A stretch of 64,000 nt of DNA, from the IMG/VR virus record IMGVR_UViG_3300044712_002465, positions 2,502 to 66,501 of that record. One strand, given 5' to 3'. The notes below the pieces were generated by a model, which saw nothing but the letters and a program-made list of their open reading frames with translations, had not been told where the DNA came from and did not search any database. A program made the translations under genes and the position numbers. Positions within the stretch are counted from its first letter, which is position 1. Every line of letters begins with the position of its first letter. The stretch is from a virus. Positions 8,782 through 18,504 of the stretch are shown piece by piece.

Positions 8782-9667
8782 GGCGGGCCTCCGCGGCGGC
8801 GTCCGGGATGAGCATCCGCCGCGGCAACTCGCGGACGCGAAGGCGCTCGGGCCACTCGGCGGGGTCCGACCCCTTCCGGTCGGTGAGCCCCATCCGCCAC
8901 GCCCAGACCTCGCCGTTGGGCGACCGGTCCGCCGCAGTGAGCCGCTCCGGGTGGGCCATCAGCTCGGCCGGAGCGGTCCGCTCCTCGCTCACCACGTACG
9001 CCCCGAGCTGCTTCACGAACGGATTGCAGCGCGCGGCGCGGCACCGCTCGATGAGCCTCTCGATCCACTCCAGGGCGCACGGGCGAGCGCCCGGGCCGCT
9101 CTCTCCGCCGATCGCCGCCACGTCGATGCCGCTGAGGTCGACGTCGCCCAGGTCCTCGAGGAGCGGCTCGAACGACACCATGTGGCCGGCCGCGGGGATG
9201 TCCCGGAGCACCTCGATGTCGCCGCGGCGGGCGCGCGTCCCGACGGAGACCCCGAGCGTCACGTGGTCGGGGTTCTTCGCGTACCACTCGGACGCCCGGG
9301 CCTTGAAGAAGGCGCGCATCCTCGCGGCTCGCTTCGTCAGGATGACGTAGCGGTGCTGGCGGGCCAGCATCATCACCATGAGGACGTCCCAGATGTACGC
9401 GTCGGGGAACGCGTCGTGGAAGAGGTCCGACATCGAGTTGACGAAGATGGTCCGCGGCTTGCGCCAGTGGAGCGGGAGGTCGAGGGCGTCGGGCACTAGG
9501 CGCGGATCGAAGCCCTGCTCGTAGGCGTGGCCGGGGATCCCGCGCCACCGCTCGGCGAAGGTGCGGGCGTAGCACCTCGCGCACTCAGGAGCGCACGGGG
9601 TGCATCCGCGCGTCGGGTTCCAGCTCGCCCCGCCGGAGAGCCACTCGATCGAGCTGGTCGCGCTCAC
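8774..9667 (-). CDS. Phage Gp37/Gp68 (DUF5131) radical-SAM-like protein
   Basis: SSIEW...WNPTRGCTPCAPECARCYA...IFVNSMSDLFH...ILTKR...SFEPLL...GGESG...FVKQLG. Confidence 0.92.
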   Translation of the reverse strand: MSATSSIEWLSGGASWNPTRGCTPCAPECARCYARTFAERWRGIPGHAYEQGFDPRLVPDALDLPLHWRKPRTIFVNSMSDLFHDAFPDAYIWDVLMVMMLARQHRYVILTKRAARMRAFFKARASEWYAKNPDHVTLGVSVGTRARRGDIEVLRDIPAAGHMVSFEPLLEDLGDVDLSGIDVAAIGGESGPGARPCALEWIERLIERCRAARCNPFVKQLGAYVVSEERTAPAELMAHPERLTAADRSPNGEVWAWRMGLTDRKGSDPAEWPERLRVRELPRRMLIPDAAAEARHG

Positions 9668-9879
9668 AGGAGCCCCCGATCCCGCGCCCACCAGGTCGCG
9701 ACGATGACCGTGCCCTCGGCGCCCTTCTCCGCGTCCGCGTCGATGTCGCCGCCCTTCTCGATCGCGGACTTCGGAAGCCAGTACTCGACGCCGTCGATCT
9801 CGAGGAGCAGGGCCTTGTCGCCGTTGTGCTTCACCAGGTCGACCTCTAGCTCCGTGGTCTCTTCGTCGCTGAGGGCCAT
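9664..9879 (-). CDS. Small acidic beta-rich phage protein
   Basis: KALLLEIDGVEYWLPKS...WWARDRGL; RBS AGGAG. Confidence 0.65.
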   Translation of the reverse strand: MALSDEETTELEVDLVKHNGDKALLLEIDGVEYWLPKSAIEKGGDIDADAEKGAEGTVIVATWWARDRGLL

Positions 9880-9888
9880 CGCGCGCTC

Positions 9889-10434
9889 CTAGAACTCGCC
9901 GTGGGGCGCGGGGGCGACGGGCGCGACCTCGCCGCTCGCCGCGGCGGGCTGGGGATCGGCGTCGGAGACGCCCTCGACCACCAGGTTGGCGGGGTCGTCG
10001 TCGCCCGGGAGGTCGGGCAGCTCCTGCTCGTCCCCCACGCCCTCGGTCTCCGGGAGCGGGTCGGCCGGCGACGTGGCGGCGGCCGCGGGGGCCGGATCGG
10101 GCGTGCCCGGGGGCGGAAGCGCCAGCGGGCCGCTGCGGTACCCGGAGAACGAGAGGAACTGCTCGATGCCGCGCCGGATCGCCGTCTCGGTCGTCGGCGT
10201 GCAGCAGAACACCGCGGCGCCGTTGTACCGCTGCACCAGCGCCGGGTGCTCGAGGTCGAGCCCGACCACCTTCTGCGTGGCGGCATCGCGCTTCAGGCCC
10301 GGGACCGTCACCTGGACCATGTCCTGCCCGAGCCACCTCACGTCCTCCACGAACCCGGGGATCTGCCGGTGCCCGAACAGCTCGAGGCAGGCCCACGTTC
10401 CCTTCGTCGCCTTCTCCGTCGCCGCGTTCTCCAT
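9889..10434 (-). CDS. Conserved phage hypothetical protein with acidic tail
   Basis: WACLELFGHRQIPGFVE motif; GGAGGAGG RBS. Confidence 0.65.
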   Translation of the reverse strand: MENAATEKATKGTWACLELFGHRQIPGFVEDVRWLGQDMVQVTVPGLKRDAATQKVVGLDLEHPALVQRYNGAAVFCCTPTTETAIRRGIEQFLSFSGYRSGPLALPPPGTPDPAPAAAATSPADPLPETEGVGDEQELPDLPGDDDPANLVVEGVSDADPQPAAASGEVAPVAPAPHGEF

Positions 10435-10522
10435 CCCGTCCTCCTCCTGCTCGTGAACGGCCGCGCCCGGCCCGAACCCACCCAACCCGCACCACTCGGC
10501 GAGCCGGACGCGGCCAACCTCG

Positions 10523-11149
10523 TCAGCCCAGCAACCCGGGCACCCACCTCTTGAACTCGCGCGGGAAGCCCCACGCGCCCTGGCGCGCGACGCGATCCCC
10601 GAATCGAATGAGGAGCGCGGCGTGCAGCACCTGGAGCGCTCCGAATCCGTTGTCGGAGTGGATGTCGTGCCAGGCGACGTCCCAGCGCGCCCCGCGGGGC
10701 GGCTCCCAGGTCAGGGCGTCGTCGAGGTGCAGAGTGACGCGCGGGTCCGCGGCGAACTCCACGCCGACCGTCCGCATGATCCCCTCGTCGATCTCGATGA
10801 CGTCGACGTGCTCCACCCGCGGGGACGCGAGGAGCCCGCGCACGACGCAGCCCAGGCCGAGGCCGGTGACGAGCACGCGGCCGCGGGCGTTGAGCCAGAT
10901 CGGGAGGTGCCGCCGAAGCTCGACCGCACCGTCCTCCATCACCACGTCCCCGCCGACATGCACGTTCGCGTCGGAGAACCGGCGAAGCGCGGTGATCTCC
11001 GGCCAGACGTGAGTCCCGAACCAGGCTATCCGCGGGCCGCCCTCGGCAGGCGCCTGCTGCCGGAGGATCTGCCACCGCCCGAACCGCTGGGAGGGGAGCT
11101 TCGCCGGAACGCGCGCCGCCTCGAGGAGCGCTAGGGTTTCGGTCCTCAT
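10523..11149 (-). CDS. Class I SAM-dependent methyltransferase (spermidine-synthase-like fold)
   Basis: GRVLVTGLGLG...VDVIEID...DALTW...WDVAWHDI. Confidence 0.8.
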   Translation of the reverse strand: MRTETLALLEAARVPAKLPSQRFGRWQILRQQAPAEGGPRIAWFGTHVWPEITALRRFSDANVHVGGDVVMEDGAVELRRHLPIWLNARGRVLVTGLGLGCVVRGLLASPRVEHVDVIEIDEGIMRTVGVEFAADPRVTLHLDDALTWEPPRGARWDVAWHDIHSDNGFGALQVLHAALLIRFGDRVARQGAWGFPREFKRWVPGLLG

Positions 11150-11865
11150 GGCTTGCGCCCTCCGAGGGCAGCGCCGAGCGCCGCCGGCGCGTCGAGGACC
11201 ATCGCCAGCGCCATCGTCATCGGCAGGGTGTTCCCGGAGTGCTTCTGGTCGATCGCGTGCTGGAGCGCGCGGAGCGAGCGCGGCGACAGCCGCCGGTACG
11301 TCTCGGCGAGGACGGGGAAGTACTCCTGGGGGTCCCACGCGTCCCGCTTGCCCGCGGCCGCGGAGCCCTCGCAGGCGCGTCGGTCGGCCGACTGGGTGGC
11401 GATGCAGGCCCAGGGGCGGAAGTCGTAGATCCGGCAGCGCCGGTCGAAGGAGAGGAGCGGACAGGGGAAGGTGCCGAGCTCGGCCACGAGGCGGCCGGCC
11501 GCGACCCGGGCCGAGACGTCCTCGAGCTGCCGGAACACGACGCCGGCGACGTCGCGTGCGAGCTCGGGCGTCAGGTCGATCAGCTCGACGATCGCGGCCG
11601 CGTCCGACGGCGTGACGTGCGCCATGTCGTGCGTGCAGCAGCACGCGGACGTGCACCGCCCGCAGTCGACCGTGAGGGGGAGGGCGCGGCGCGCCTGCTC
11701 CGTGGCCCGCTCGAAGTCGTCGCGGACCTCGAGATAGGCCAGGGTGGGAGCGGACCGCGGGGGCAGGGGAGCACGGGGAGTGCCTGACCCTGCCCCCGGG
11801 TCCTTCCGCGCCGCCGCCGGGGGGTGCGACGATGCGGATCCTGCGAAAACTGCGCGGCTGCTCAT
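11146..11865 (-). CDS. YkgJ-family CxxCxxCC cysteine-cluster protein
   Basis: CGRCTSACCC...CPLL...RCRIYDFRPWAC. Confidence 0.8.
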   Translation of the reverse strand: MSSRAVFAGSASSHPPAAARKDPGAGSGTPRAPLPPRSAPTLAYLEVRDDFERATEQARRALPLTVDCGRCTSACCCTHDMAHVTPSDAAAIVELIDLTPELARDVAGVVFRQLEDVSARVAAGRLVAELGTFPCPLLSFDRRCRIYDFRPWACIATQSADRRACEGSAAAGKRDAWDPQEYFPVLAETYRRLSPRSLRALQHAIDQKHSGNTLPMTMALAMVLDAPAALGAALGGRKP

Positions 11866-12200
11866 GGCTCCTCCAGGCGCGCGAGCTGCGCGCGGAGGTC
11901 GGCGGCGCGCCGGAGCTGCGCGTCCACCTGGTGGGTGCTCCAGCCGCCGTTGCGGGACTCGGCCGCCCATCGCTCGAGGAGCGCGGCCTCGTCCTGGAGC
12001 GTCTTGACGAGCTCGGTGACGACGCGGGCGACGTCGTTCCAGGACTTCTCCGCCTCGCGCTCGAGCTCCTTGGCCCGGACCTCCGAGATCGCGGCGTCCG
12101 CGGCGACCTTGCAGCTCGCGTGGCGCACGAGGGCGCGGCCGATCTTCTTCGGGAGCCGCGCCGTGCTGATCGCCACGGCGGGCGGGACCTGGTCAGGCAC
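11862..12200 (-). CDS. Hypothetical protein
   Basis: Coupled ORF with GGAGG RBS; helical. Confidence 0.5.
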   Translation of the reverse strand: MPDQVPPAVAISTARLPKKIGRALVRHASCKVAADAAISEVRAKELEREAEKSWNDVARVVTELVKTLQDEAALLERWAAESRNGGWSTHQVDAQLRRAADLRAQLARLEEP

Positions 12201-12480
12201 CGGACACCTCCACGGACGTGCGCATCGGCGGCAGCTCCTCCTTGAACCTGGCGGCGGCGTCCTCGGCGAACGCGTCGAGGTCGCGGAGCACCTCGTCGTC
12301 GCCGGCGTCGAGGATGACGGTCCGGAGCCCGAGGCTGATGGCGGTCGCCGCCGCGTAGACGGCCATCACGGCCGCCCGCGAGTCGCTGCCGGCGGTGGCG
12401 GTCGTGATGCCCTGGGAGCCCATGAGCCGGGCGAGCTCGTACACCTCTTCGGCGGGGCCCTCGCGGCGGGGGTCACCCAC
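12193..12480 (-). CDS. Hypothetical protein
   Basis: GTG 12480 after GGAGG; overlaps neighbours by 8 nt. Confidence 0.45.
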   Translation of the reverse strand: MGDPRREGPAEEVYELARLMGSQGITTATAGSDSRAAVMAVYAAATAISLGLRTVILDAGDDEVLRDLDAFAEDAAARFKEELPPMRTSVEVSGA

Positions 12481-12970
12481 GGCGGACCTCCCGCGCGAGG
12501 AAGCGCTTCGCCGCGGCGATGACCTTCGGCGGGTGGGCCGTGCAGATGAGGTGCGCCGGGTCCGCCCACGCGCAGCCCTCGCCGAAGCCGCCCACGCAGG
12601 CGTCGTCCTGGGTGCAGCCGCAGAGCATGCAGACGCCGCCCCCCTCGGCGAGGGCGAGCGCGAGGACCGTCGAGCAGACGCCGCACGAGCAGCCCGGAAC
12701 GTGGTCCTTGATCGGGATGGTTCCGTCCTCGCGCCAGGTCGAGACGAGGTCGATCGCGGCCTCGTAGAAGAGGGGCGCCTGCGCGGCGACGCGGGCGCGC
12801 TCGAACGCGGCGCTGCCCTCCAGCCCCGACGCCGCGCCGAAGTCGGCGAGCATCGTGCGTCCCTGGCTTTCGCCGGCGAGGACGATCCCAAGCCGGCCTG
12901 GCCTGAAGATCCACCGTTCGCCGTCGCCGAGGACCACCGCCAGGTTCTTCTTCCGCGCGGGCCTACCCAT
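12473..12970 (-). CDS. Cys-rich hypothetical protein
   Basis: CMLCGCTQDDACVGG...CAW...LICTAH motif. Confidence 0.6.
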   Translation of the reverse strand: MGRPARKKNLAVVLGDGERWIFRPGRLGIVLAGESQGRTMLADFGAASGLEGSAAFERARVAAQAPLFYEAAIDLVSTWREDGTIPIKDHVPGCSCGVCSTVLALALAEGGGVCMLCGCTQDDACVGGFGEGCAWADPAHLICTAHPPKVIAAAKRFLAREVRRG

Positions 12971-13181
12971 GATCCACCTCCTGGAGCGCCTTCTCGACCT
13001 TCTGGTACGCGGAGCGCGCGGCGACGTAGTGCCGGTCCGGCATCACGCCGCTGAGCGAGAAGAGGATCGCGGCGAGCTCGGCGCGCTCGAGCTTCACGCG
13101 GACGGGGCCCGCCGGCGCCGCGGCAGTGGCGGGCGAGGGGCTTGCGGCAGCGGGCTGCCGGGCGCCGGCGGGGACCGTCAC
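12963..13181 (-). CDS. Small hypothetical protein
   Basis: Coupled 72-aa ORF. Confidence 0.45.
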   Translation of the reverse strand: MTVPAGARQPAAASPSPATAAAPAGPVRVKLERAELAAILFSLSGVMPDRHYVAARSAYQKVEKALQEVDHG

Positions 13182-13666
13182 GACCGCACCTGGAGTCCGA
13201 GCGCGCCGCCGATGGCCTCGCGGAGCTTAGAGTTGATGAGCGTGTCGACCTGCTCCCTGATCGCCTCCTTCGCGCGCTTCAGCTCGGCCCCGACCTCGTT
13301 CCCGAGCGCCTTCGACACCGCCTCCTCGACCATCTTCTGGACGGGCGTCTTCCGGTCGTAGCTGTCGTGCCTGTCGAGCTGGCTCGAGATCGCCTTGCTC
13401 ACGCGCTGCCGCAGCGTCAGCTTCTCGCCGTTCGGGTTGCCGTAGCCGTCGGTCGGCTGCCAGCCCTCCGCCATCACAGCGGAGACCTCGGCCGCGATCC
13501 GCTCCCGCGTGAGGTCGAGGACGGCGGCGTCGATGGCCTCCTTGATCGCGCCGCGGACCGCGTCGTTGATCCGCTCCTGCGCGTCCTCCCGGACGGCAGC
13601 GGCGACCTGGTCGACGAGCTGCTGGACGCCGTAGCCCGTCAGCTTGATCTCGACGGTGGCGCTCAC
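13178..13666 (-). CDS. Helical phage hypothetical protein
   Basis: GTGA overlap; TDGYGNPNGEKLTL motif; strong GC3 bias. Confidence 0.6.
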   Translation of the reverse strand: MSATVEIKLTGYGVQQLVDQVAAAVREDAQERINDAVRGAIKEAIDAAVLDLTRERIAAEVSAVMAEGWQPTDGYGNPNGEKLTLRQRVSKAISSQLDRHDSYDRKTPVQKMVEEAVSKALGNEVGAELKRAKEAIREQVDTLINSKLREAIGGALGLQVRS

Positions 13667-14268
13667 GACCGCTTCTCCCCGCGGTTCGGGGCGGGCAGCG
13701 CCTTCGGGCCGCGCGGCGTGACGTCGATCTCCTGGGCCCGCGCCTTCACCTTGCCCGTGAGGGCGCCGTCGCCGGCGTTCTCGAGGATCACGTTGGCCCC
13801 GCCGATCTCGAGCCAGTCGCGGAGGGCGACGTCCTTGCCCTCGGCCTCGAACTTCGCCTTCCCGAGCCGGCGGGAGATCCCGTTCGTCGCGGTGAAGAAG
13901 ACGGAGAACCCCGAGCCGCTGCCCGGCTCGACGCAGTAGGTCCCGAGCGGCGTGACCGCCACCAGGTTGTCGCCCTTCTTCTTCCACTCGAGGGGCGGCG
14001 GCGCGGGCTTCTTCCCGTCGGCCTTGCCGTCCGCCTTCGCCTCGGGCTTCTTCCCGTCCTTCGGCGTGGTGAGCGGAAGCTGGGGCTGGGCGTGCTGACG
14101 GCCCTCGATGAGGTCGAGCAGCTCGTCCCGCCTCCCCTCCTTCTTCTCGATCAGGCCCTTCAGCCGCTTGGCCTCGGCCTTCTTCTCGTCCTTCAGCTTC
14201 GCGATGTCCCGCTCGACCTTGACGAGGTCGTTCGAGTACTCCTGCGCCAGCTCGGGGTTGGGCTTCAT
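13663..14268 (-). CDS. Lys-rich hypothetical protein
   Basis: MKPNPELAQEY..., GGAG RBS, N-terminal coiled coil. Confidence 0.6.
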   Translation of the reverse strand: MKPNPELAQEYSNDLVKVERDIAKLKDEKKAEAKRLKGLIEKKEGRRDELLDLIEGRQHAQPQLPLTTPKDGKKPEAKADGKADGKKPAPPPLEWKKKGDNLVAVTPLGTYCVEPGSGSGFSVFFTATNGISRRLGKAKFEAEGKDVALRDWLEIGGANVILENAGDGALTGKVKARAQEIDVTPRGPKALPAPNRGEKRS

Positions 14269-14651
14269 GGGGTCTCCGTGGTGTTGGGGGTGGTGGTGCG
14301 GCGCTCGCGCTCGGCGAGCATCGCGTCGGCGATCTCGTAGGCGTTGACCGCGACGATCTCCTTGGGCGGGTACCCGGCCTTGAGCGCGTCGGCGTCGCAC
14401 CAGTGGGGCGCGCTGGCGAGGATCCCCTGCATCGCCATCGCGGCGAGGCGGTCCCGCTGGCGCAGCGGGTGCTCGCCGCACCAGTCGTCGGGGCTCACGG
14501 GAGGCCACCACGCGACCGGGCCACCGGCGAGGCTCTGCTCGGCCGAGATGTAGCGCTTCGGTTCGCGCCGGCACTGAAAGTCGCGCGACCCTCCGTCCTC
14601 GTTCGTGGAGTAGTCGAAGAACGGGCACGTCTTGCAGGTCGCGTCAGGCAC
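14265..14651 (-). CDS. Hypothetical protein (CxxC...WCGEH plus RDxxAxxAMQG motif)
   Basis: TCKTC...CRREP...WPPVSPDDWCGEH; RDRLAAMAMQGILA...AYEIADAMLAER, a common phage motif. Confidence 0.7.
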   Translation of the reverse strand: MPDATCKTCPFFDYSTNEDGGSRDFQCRREPKRYISAEQSLAGGPVAWWPPVSPDDWCGEHPLRQRDRLAAMAMQGILASAPHWCDADALKAGYPPKEIVAVNAYEIADAMLAERERRTTTPNTTETP

Positions 14652-15018
14652 GGGAGGCCTCCTCGGCCGCGACGGGCGGCGTCAGCTCGTCGACCGCGGC
14701 CCGGAGCCGCGCGAGCAGCTCGTCGGCGTGGTGGATCGCGAGCCGGATCGCGTCGTTCCTCGTGCGGCTGACGGGATCCACGATGACCTCGTGCGTGGTG
14801 TGGCCCGCGCACTTGGTGCACCCCTCGCAGTTCGCGAGGTCGCGGCTCCCGTGGATCACGTGGTGGACGAGCGACTTCTCGACCCGGAACACCGTGTCGC
14901 CCTCGTCGGTCCAGCCGAGGTGAGCCACGATCCGGGCGCGGAAGTCCTCCCCGCTCCCGTCGGGAAGCGCGAGCGTGCGGCTCTCGCTCCAGACCCGCAG
15001 CAGATCGCCCTTAGGCAC
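14644..15018 (-). CDS. Hypothetical protein
   Basis: Coupled ORF with GGAGG RBS. Confidence 0.5.
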   Translation of the reverse strand: MPKGDLLRVWSESRTLALPDGSGEDFRARIVAHLGWTDEGDTVFRVEKSLVHHVIHGSRDLANCEGCTKCAGHTTHEVIVDPVSRTRNDAIRLAIHHADELLARLRAAVDELTPPVAAEEASRA

Positions 15019-15250
15019 GGCCCACCTCCCGGACGCCGGCGATCTCTGCCGCGGCGATGTTCATCCCGTCCCGGAAGTGCTGCAGGTAGGCGGGGACGAC
15101 CTCGAGGCGGGCGCCTGCCGTCACGCCGGCGAACCCCATGGCGGCGGACATCACGTCGTCGACATCGTGGCCGGCGTCGATGAGCTTCTGCAGCGCGCGA
15201 ACGACCGCGGTGACGACCGCGTCCTCGCGCCCGTCGGCGACGACCTTCAC
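15011..15250 (-). CDS. Small hypothetical protein
   Basis: GTG in GTGA overlap, GGAGG RBS. Confidence 0.5.
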   Translation of the reverse strand: MKVVADGREDAVVTAVVRALQKLIDAGHDVDDVMSAAMGFAGVTAGARLEVVPAYLQHFRDGMNIAAAEIAGVREVGRA

Positions 15251-15570
15251 GGCCTCACCTCCGCCAGCGCGGCGCTGTCCCGCGCGAGGATCGCTCGCGC
15301 GACGGCGCGAAGCAGACGCTCGTCGAGCGTGCAGAGGAGATCGTCGATCTTCGCCTTGCCGCGTCCGTTCCACAGGTCGAACGCGACCTGGAGGATGAGG
15401 TGCTCGCCCGAGGAGAGCGGCGAACCCTTGTCGATGTACTGGCACGCGAGGCGGGTGGGGCCCTCGGGCGTCCAGAGGCCGCGGTCGAGGCGTGGGTCCC
15501 GGCTCGCGAGGTGCGCGGCCTCGAGCAGATCCAGGATCGCGGCGCACCGAGCGCGCTCGCTACGCCACAT
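15247..15570 (-). CDS. Hypothetical protein
   Basis: PLSSGEHLILQVAFDLWNG...LD motif. Confidence 0.6.
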   Translation of the reverse strand: MWRSERARCAAILDLLEAAHLASRDPRLDRGLWTPEGPTRLACQYIDKGSPLSSGEHLILQVAFDLWNGRGKAKIDDLLCTLDERLLRAVARAILARDSAALAEVRP

Positions 15571-16078
15571 GGGACACCTCCGCCGGCATGTCCATCCGGA
15601 ACCCGCCGCCGAGCACCGCGTTGAGGACGGAGAGGCACGCCTCGATCTCGTGGGACGCGAGCTCGCGGCGGCGCGCCTCGTCGGTCAGCCCGACGCGGAA
15701 GACCATAGACCCGTGCCGCGGTCCGTAGCCGTAGGCGTGGTCCTCGCGCTGGTCGTACCAGCGGTCGTAGTCCTTCGTGCCGAAGTACTCCTTCTGGAGG
15801 CGGCCGCCGCCCGCCGCGATCTCGCTCATGGCATCGCGCACGGCATCGCCACGCTGGCCCGAGTTGCAGGCGCCCTCCTGCCAGATCAGCTTCCTCGCGA
15901 GATCGAAGACGTCGGGCGGGACGCCCCGGCGCGCCGCCTCGAGCGCGATCTCGGCCTTCTTCTGCTCCCCCTCGATCCGGGCGAGCTCGGCGCGGTTGCG
16001 GAGGACCTCCTGGGATTTCTCGGTGGCGAGCTGGTCGATGTGCTGCACGAGCAGCGCCATGGTGGTCGGGAGAGCCAT
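15560..16078 (-). CDS. Hypothetical protein
   Basis: YFGTKDYDRWYDQREDHAYGYGPRHGSMVFRVGL; start trimmed from the 1038-aa shadow ORF. Confidence 0.65.
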   Translation of the reverse strand: MALPTTMALLVQHIDQLATEKSQEVLRNRAELARIEGEQKKAEIALEAARRGVPPDVFDLARKLIWQEGACNSGQRGDAVRDAMSEIAAGGGRLQKEYFGTKDYDRWYDQREDHAYGYGPRHGSMVFRVGLTDEARRRELASHEIEACLSVLNAVLGGGFRMDMPAEVSHVA

Positions 16079-16080
16079 GG

Positions 16081-17400
16081 CTAGGCCGCCTCCGCGGGCG
16101 CCGGGTCGGCCACCACGCCGTCGCTGATGACGATCCCCGTGCCGCCGCCGTCGGAGACGATCTCCAGCAGCACCTGGAAGTCGTGCTTCGCCGCGACCTC
16201 CTCGACGAGCTTCATGGACTTGGCGTCGAGCAGCGAGGCGTCCCGGATCGTCATCACCCGCAGCTTCGGGTTCGCCGCCATCCCGATCGCGAGGGAGACG
16301 CGGAGCTGCTCCGACGCGCTGGCCTGCTCGATCGGGAGCCCGTTGAGGAGCACGCCGGCGTCGTTGAACGACAGGCCGTCCACCGGGAACGCCGCCTCGG
16401 CGAGGGCCTTCGCCTTCTGCTCGTCGATCCCGTCGATCTCGTCCGAGAGCTTCTTCGCGGCCGCCTCCGCCTGCGCGAGCTCGGCGGCGAGGGCCTTGCG
16501 CTGCTTCCTCGCCCGGACCTTCTCGTTCACGCCCTCGACATCCCGCATCTTCGCGGCGAGCGCGGTCAGGTCGGGGTCGACCAACCCCTCGACCTTCGCC
16601 GCGAGCGCCTTGCCCGCGGCGCGGGCCTCCTCGAGCGCCTCGTCCGCGGCTCGGCTCGCCTCCTCGGCGCGCTCGAGGGCTGCCCGGGCCCGCGAGACCT
16701 CGGCGGCGGCCTGCTCGGCCTCGCGCTTCCGAGCGGCGAAGACGTCCTTCGCGCGCTGGAGCGCGGCCCGCTCCATGTCGTTCGCGGCCTTCTGCTTCTG
16801 GAGCGCCTGCGACTCTTCGAGGAGCGCGGCCGTGCTCACCGGCTCGTCCGGCGCCTCGACCTCGGGGACGGCGCGGAGCCGCGCCTCGATCTGCGTCACC
16901 TGGGCGTTCGCGCCGCGGCGCGCCTCGTAGGCCTTCAGCCGCTTCGCGTCGAGGGTCGAGAAGTCGAGCCCCACGAGCCTGCGGAGCTGCTCCGCCTGCT
17001 CCTTCGGCTTCAGCCGCGTGAAGGCGAGCGGGTCGAAGGTGAGCTTCCCGATGAGGGCGTCCAGGATCTGCTGGGGCTTGCTCAGCGGGGTCCCGTCGAG
17101 CGCGCGCACTTCGAGCTCGGTGCGGGTCTCGGTGCCCGACCGCCACCACCGGCGCTCCGCGACGAGCCCCTGCAGGCCCTCCGTGAGCGTCACCTGGACG
17201 CGGCCCTTCTTCTCGCCGCGGCGGAGCGGCTCGGCGGGGCAGAGATCCTTCCCCCCGAGCGCCATCGCGATCGCGTTGAGGACCGAGGTCTTCCCGGCGT
17301 TGTTCGGCCCCTCGATCCGGACGACCTGCTTCCCGTCCAGCGCCAGGTGGACGAGCCGCACCCGCATCACGTTCTCGACTTCCAGTCCCGAGATCCTCAT
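16081..17400 (-). CDS. SMC/RecF-like AAA ATPase with coiled coil
   Basis: Walker A GPNNAGKTS, long coiled coil, ABC signature QASASEQ, IRDASLLD. Confidence 0.88.
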   Translation of the reverse strand: MRISGLEVENVMRVRLVHLALDGKQVVRIEGPNNAGKTSVLNAIAMALGGKDLCPAEPLRRGEKKGRVQVTLTEGLQGLVAERRWWRSGTETRTELEVRALDGTPLSKPQQILDALIGKLTFDPLAFTRLKPKEQAEQLRRLVGLDFSTLDAKRLKAYEARRGANAQVTQIEARLRAVPEVEAPDEPVSTAALLEESQALQKQKAANDMERAALQRAKDVFAARKREAEQAAAEVSRARAALERAEEASRAADEALEEARAAGKALAAKVEGLVDPDLTALAAKMRDVEGVNEKVRARKQRKALAAELAQAEAAAKKLSDEIDGIDEQKAKALAEAAFPVDGLSFNDAGVLLNGLPIEQASASEQLRVSLAIGMAANPKLRVMTIRDASLLDAKSMKLVEEVAAKHDFQVLLEIVSDGGGTGIVISDGVVADPAPAEAA

Positions 17401-17436
17401 GGCGTTCCCCGTGCTCTCCGCGTGGTGGTGCTGCCG

Positions 17437-18501
17437 CTACTCGAAGTCGCCCTTCGCCTGCCGCTTCGCCCCCCCGCCGCCCGCCGAGGCCGCCGGTGCC
17501 GCGGGCGGCTTCGCCTCGCGCTCCTTGCGCGCCTTCTCCTCCTCGGCGGTCTCCCACTGGACGTCCTCGCCCTCGCCGCCCTGGGGGGCCGCGCCGGCGT
17601 CGGGCTGCTCGCCGGCGGGCGGATCCCCCACGCCGAGCGCGCCCGCGACCTCGGACGCGGTGTCGCCGCCCTCGTCCTCGGGGACCACGCCGAGGTCGAG
17701 CTCGATCGGAGCGGTCGAGACGACCGTCTTCCCGGTCTCGTCGATGACGGCCTCGCGAGCGGCCTGCTCCTGCAGCTGGCGAGCGGCCTCCGTCTTGCCG
17801 GCGGGCAGAAGGTTCCAGAGCTTGCGCAGGCAGGACTTCACCGCCATCGCGTCGAAGTCGCCCTTCCAGGGGCCGGTGAGCTTCCCCTGCCGGTCGGTCG
17901 GCGCTCGCTTGTCGCGAAACGCCTCGGCGTCCTTCTTCGACATCGCGGCGATCTGGACCTCGCCGCCCTCGAGGCGGGCCGCCGCGAAGTAGCCGACCAC
18001 CTCGCCGCGGTCGGAGAAGATCCCGCCGTCCGCGCCGGGCTCGAACTCGAACTTCGTGATCGACGTGCCCTCGGCGTCGTACCGCAGCGTGAAGCGGTCC
18101 TTCGCGCGGACCTCCGTGGCGATGACCGACGGGACGAGACCCGTCTCCCGCGCCTTCTGGATCTGCGCGCGGTAGTCGATGATGTAGGTGCACTCGTACC
18201 CGCTGATCTTCTTGTTCCAGCGCGGCACCAGCCACATCCGGCGCTGCGGCAGCGCGCTGTCGGGCTCGAGGTCGAGCTCGGCGCACCGCATGAGGGCGAC
18301 GAGCAGCGACGGCGGGGTGCACTTCGCGAGCAGCGGCTGCCGCGCGAGGGCGCCGTGCGCGAGCTTCACGAGCCGGTCGGGGTTGAAGTGCTTCCCGGCG
18401 ACGAGGGCGAAGGCCTCGCGGCGCGACTCGATGAGCTTCGCGAGGTGCGCCGTCGCCTGCTTCTCGTCGGTCCTCTGGATCGCGGTGTTCTGGTTCGTCA
18501 T
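17437..18501 (-). CDS. recT: RecT-family ssDNA annealing protein
   Basis: LAKCTPPSLL...LVPRWN...IIDYR...GPW...FDAMAVKSCLRKLWNLLP; adjacent to YqaJ. Confidence 0.9.
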   Translation of the reverse strand: MTNQNTAIQRTDEKQATAHLAKLIESRREAFALVAGKHFNPDRLVKLAHGALARQPLLAKCTPPSLLVALMRCAELDLEPDSALPQRRMWLVPRWNKKISGYECTYIIDYRAQIQKARETGLVPSVIATEVRAKDRFTLRYDAEGTSITKFEFEPGADGGIFSDRGEVVGYFAAARLEGGEVQIAAMSKKDAEAFRDKRAPTDRQGKLTGPWKGDFDAMAVKSCLRKLWNLLPAGKTEAARQLQEQAAREAVIDETGKTVVSTAPIELDLGVVPEDEGGDTASEVAGALGVGDPPAGEQPDAGAAPQGGEGEDVQWETAEEEKARKEREAKPPAAPAASAGGGGAKRQAKGDFE

Positions 18502-18504
18502 GGC

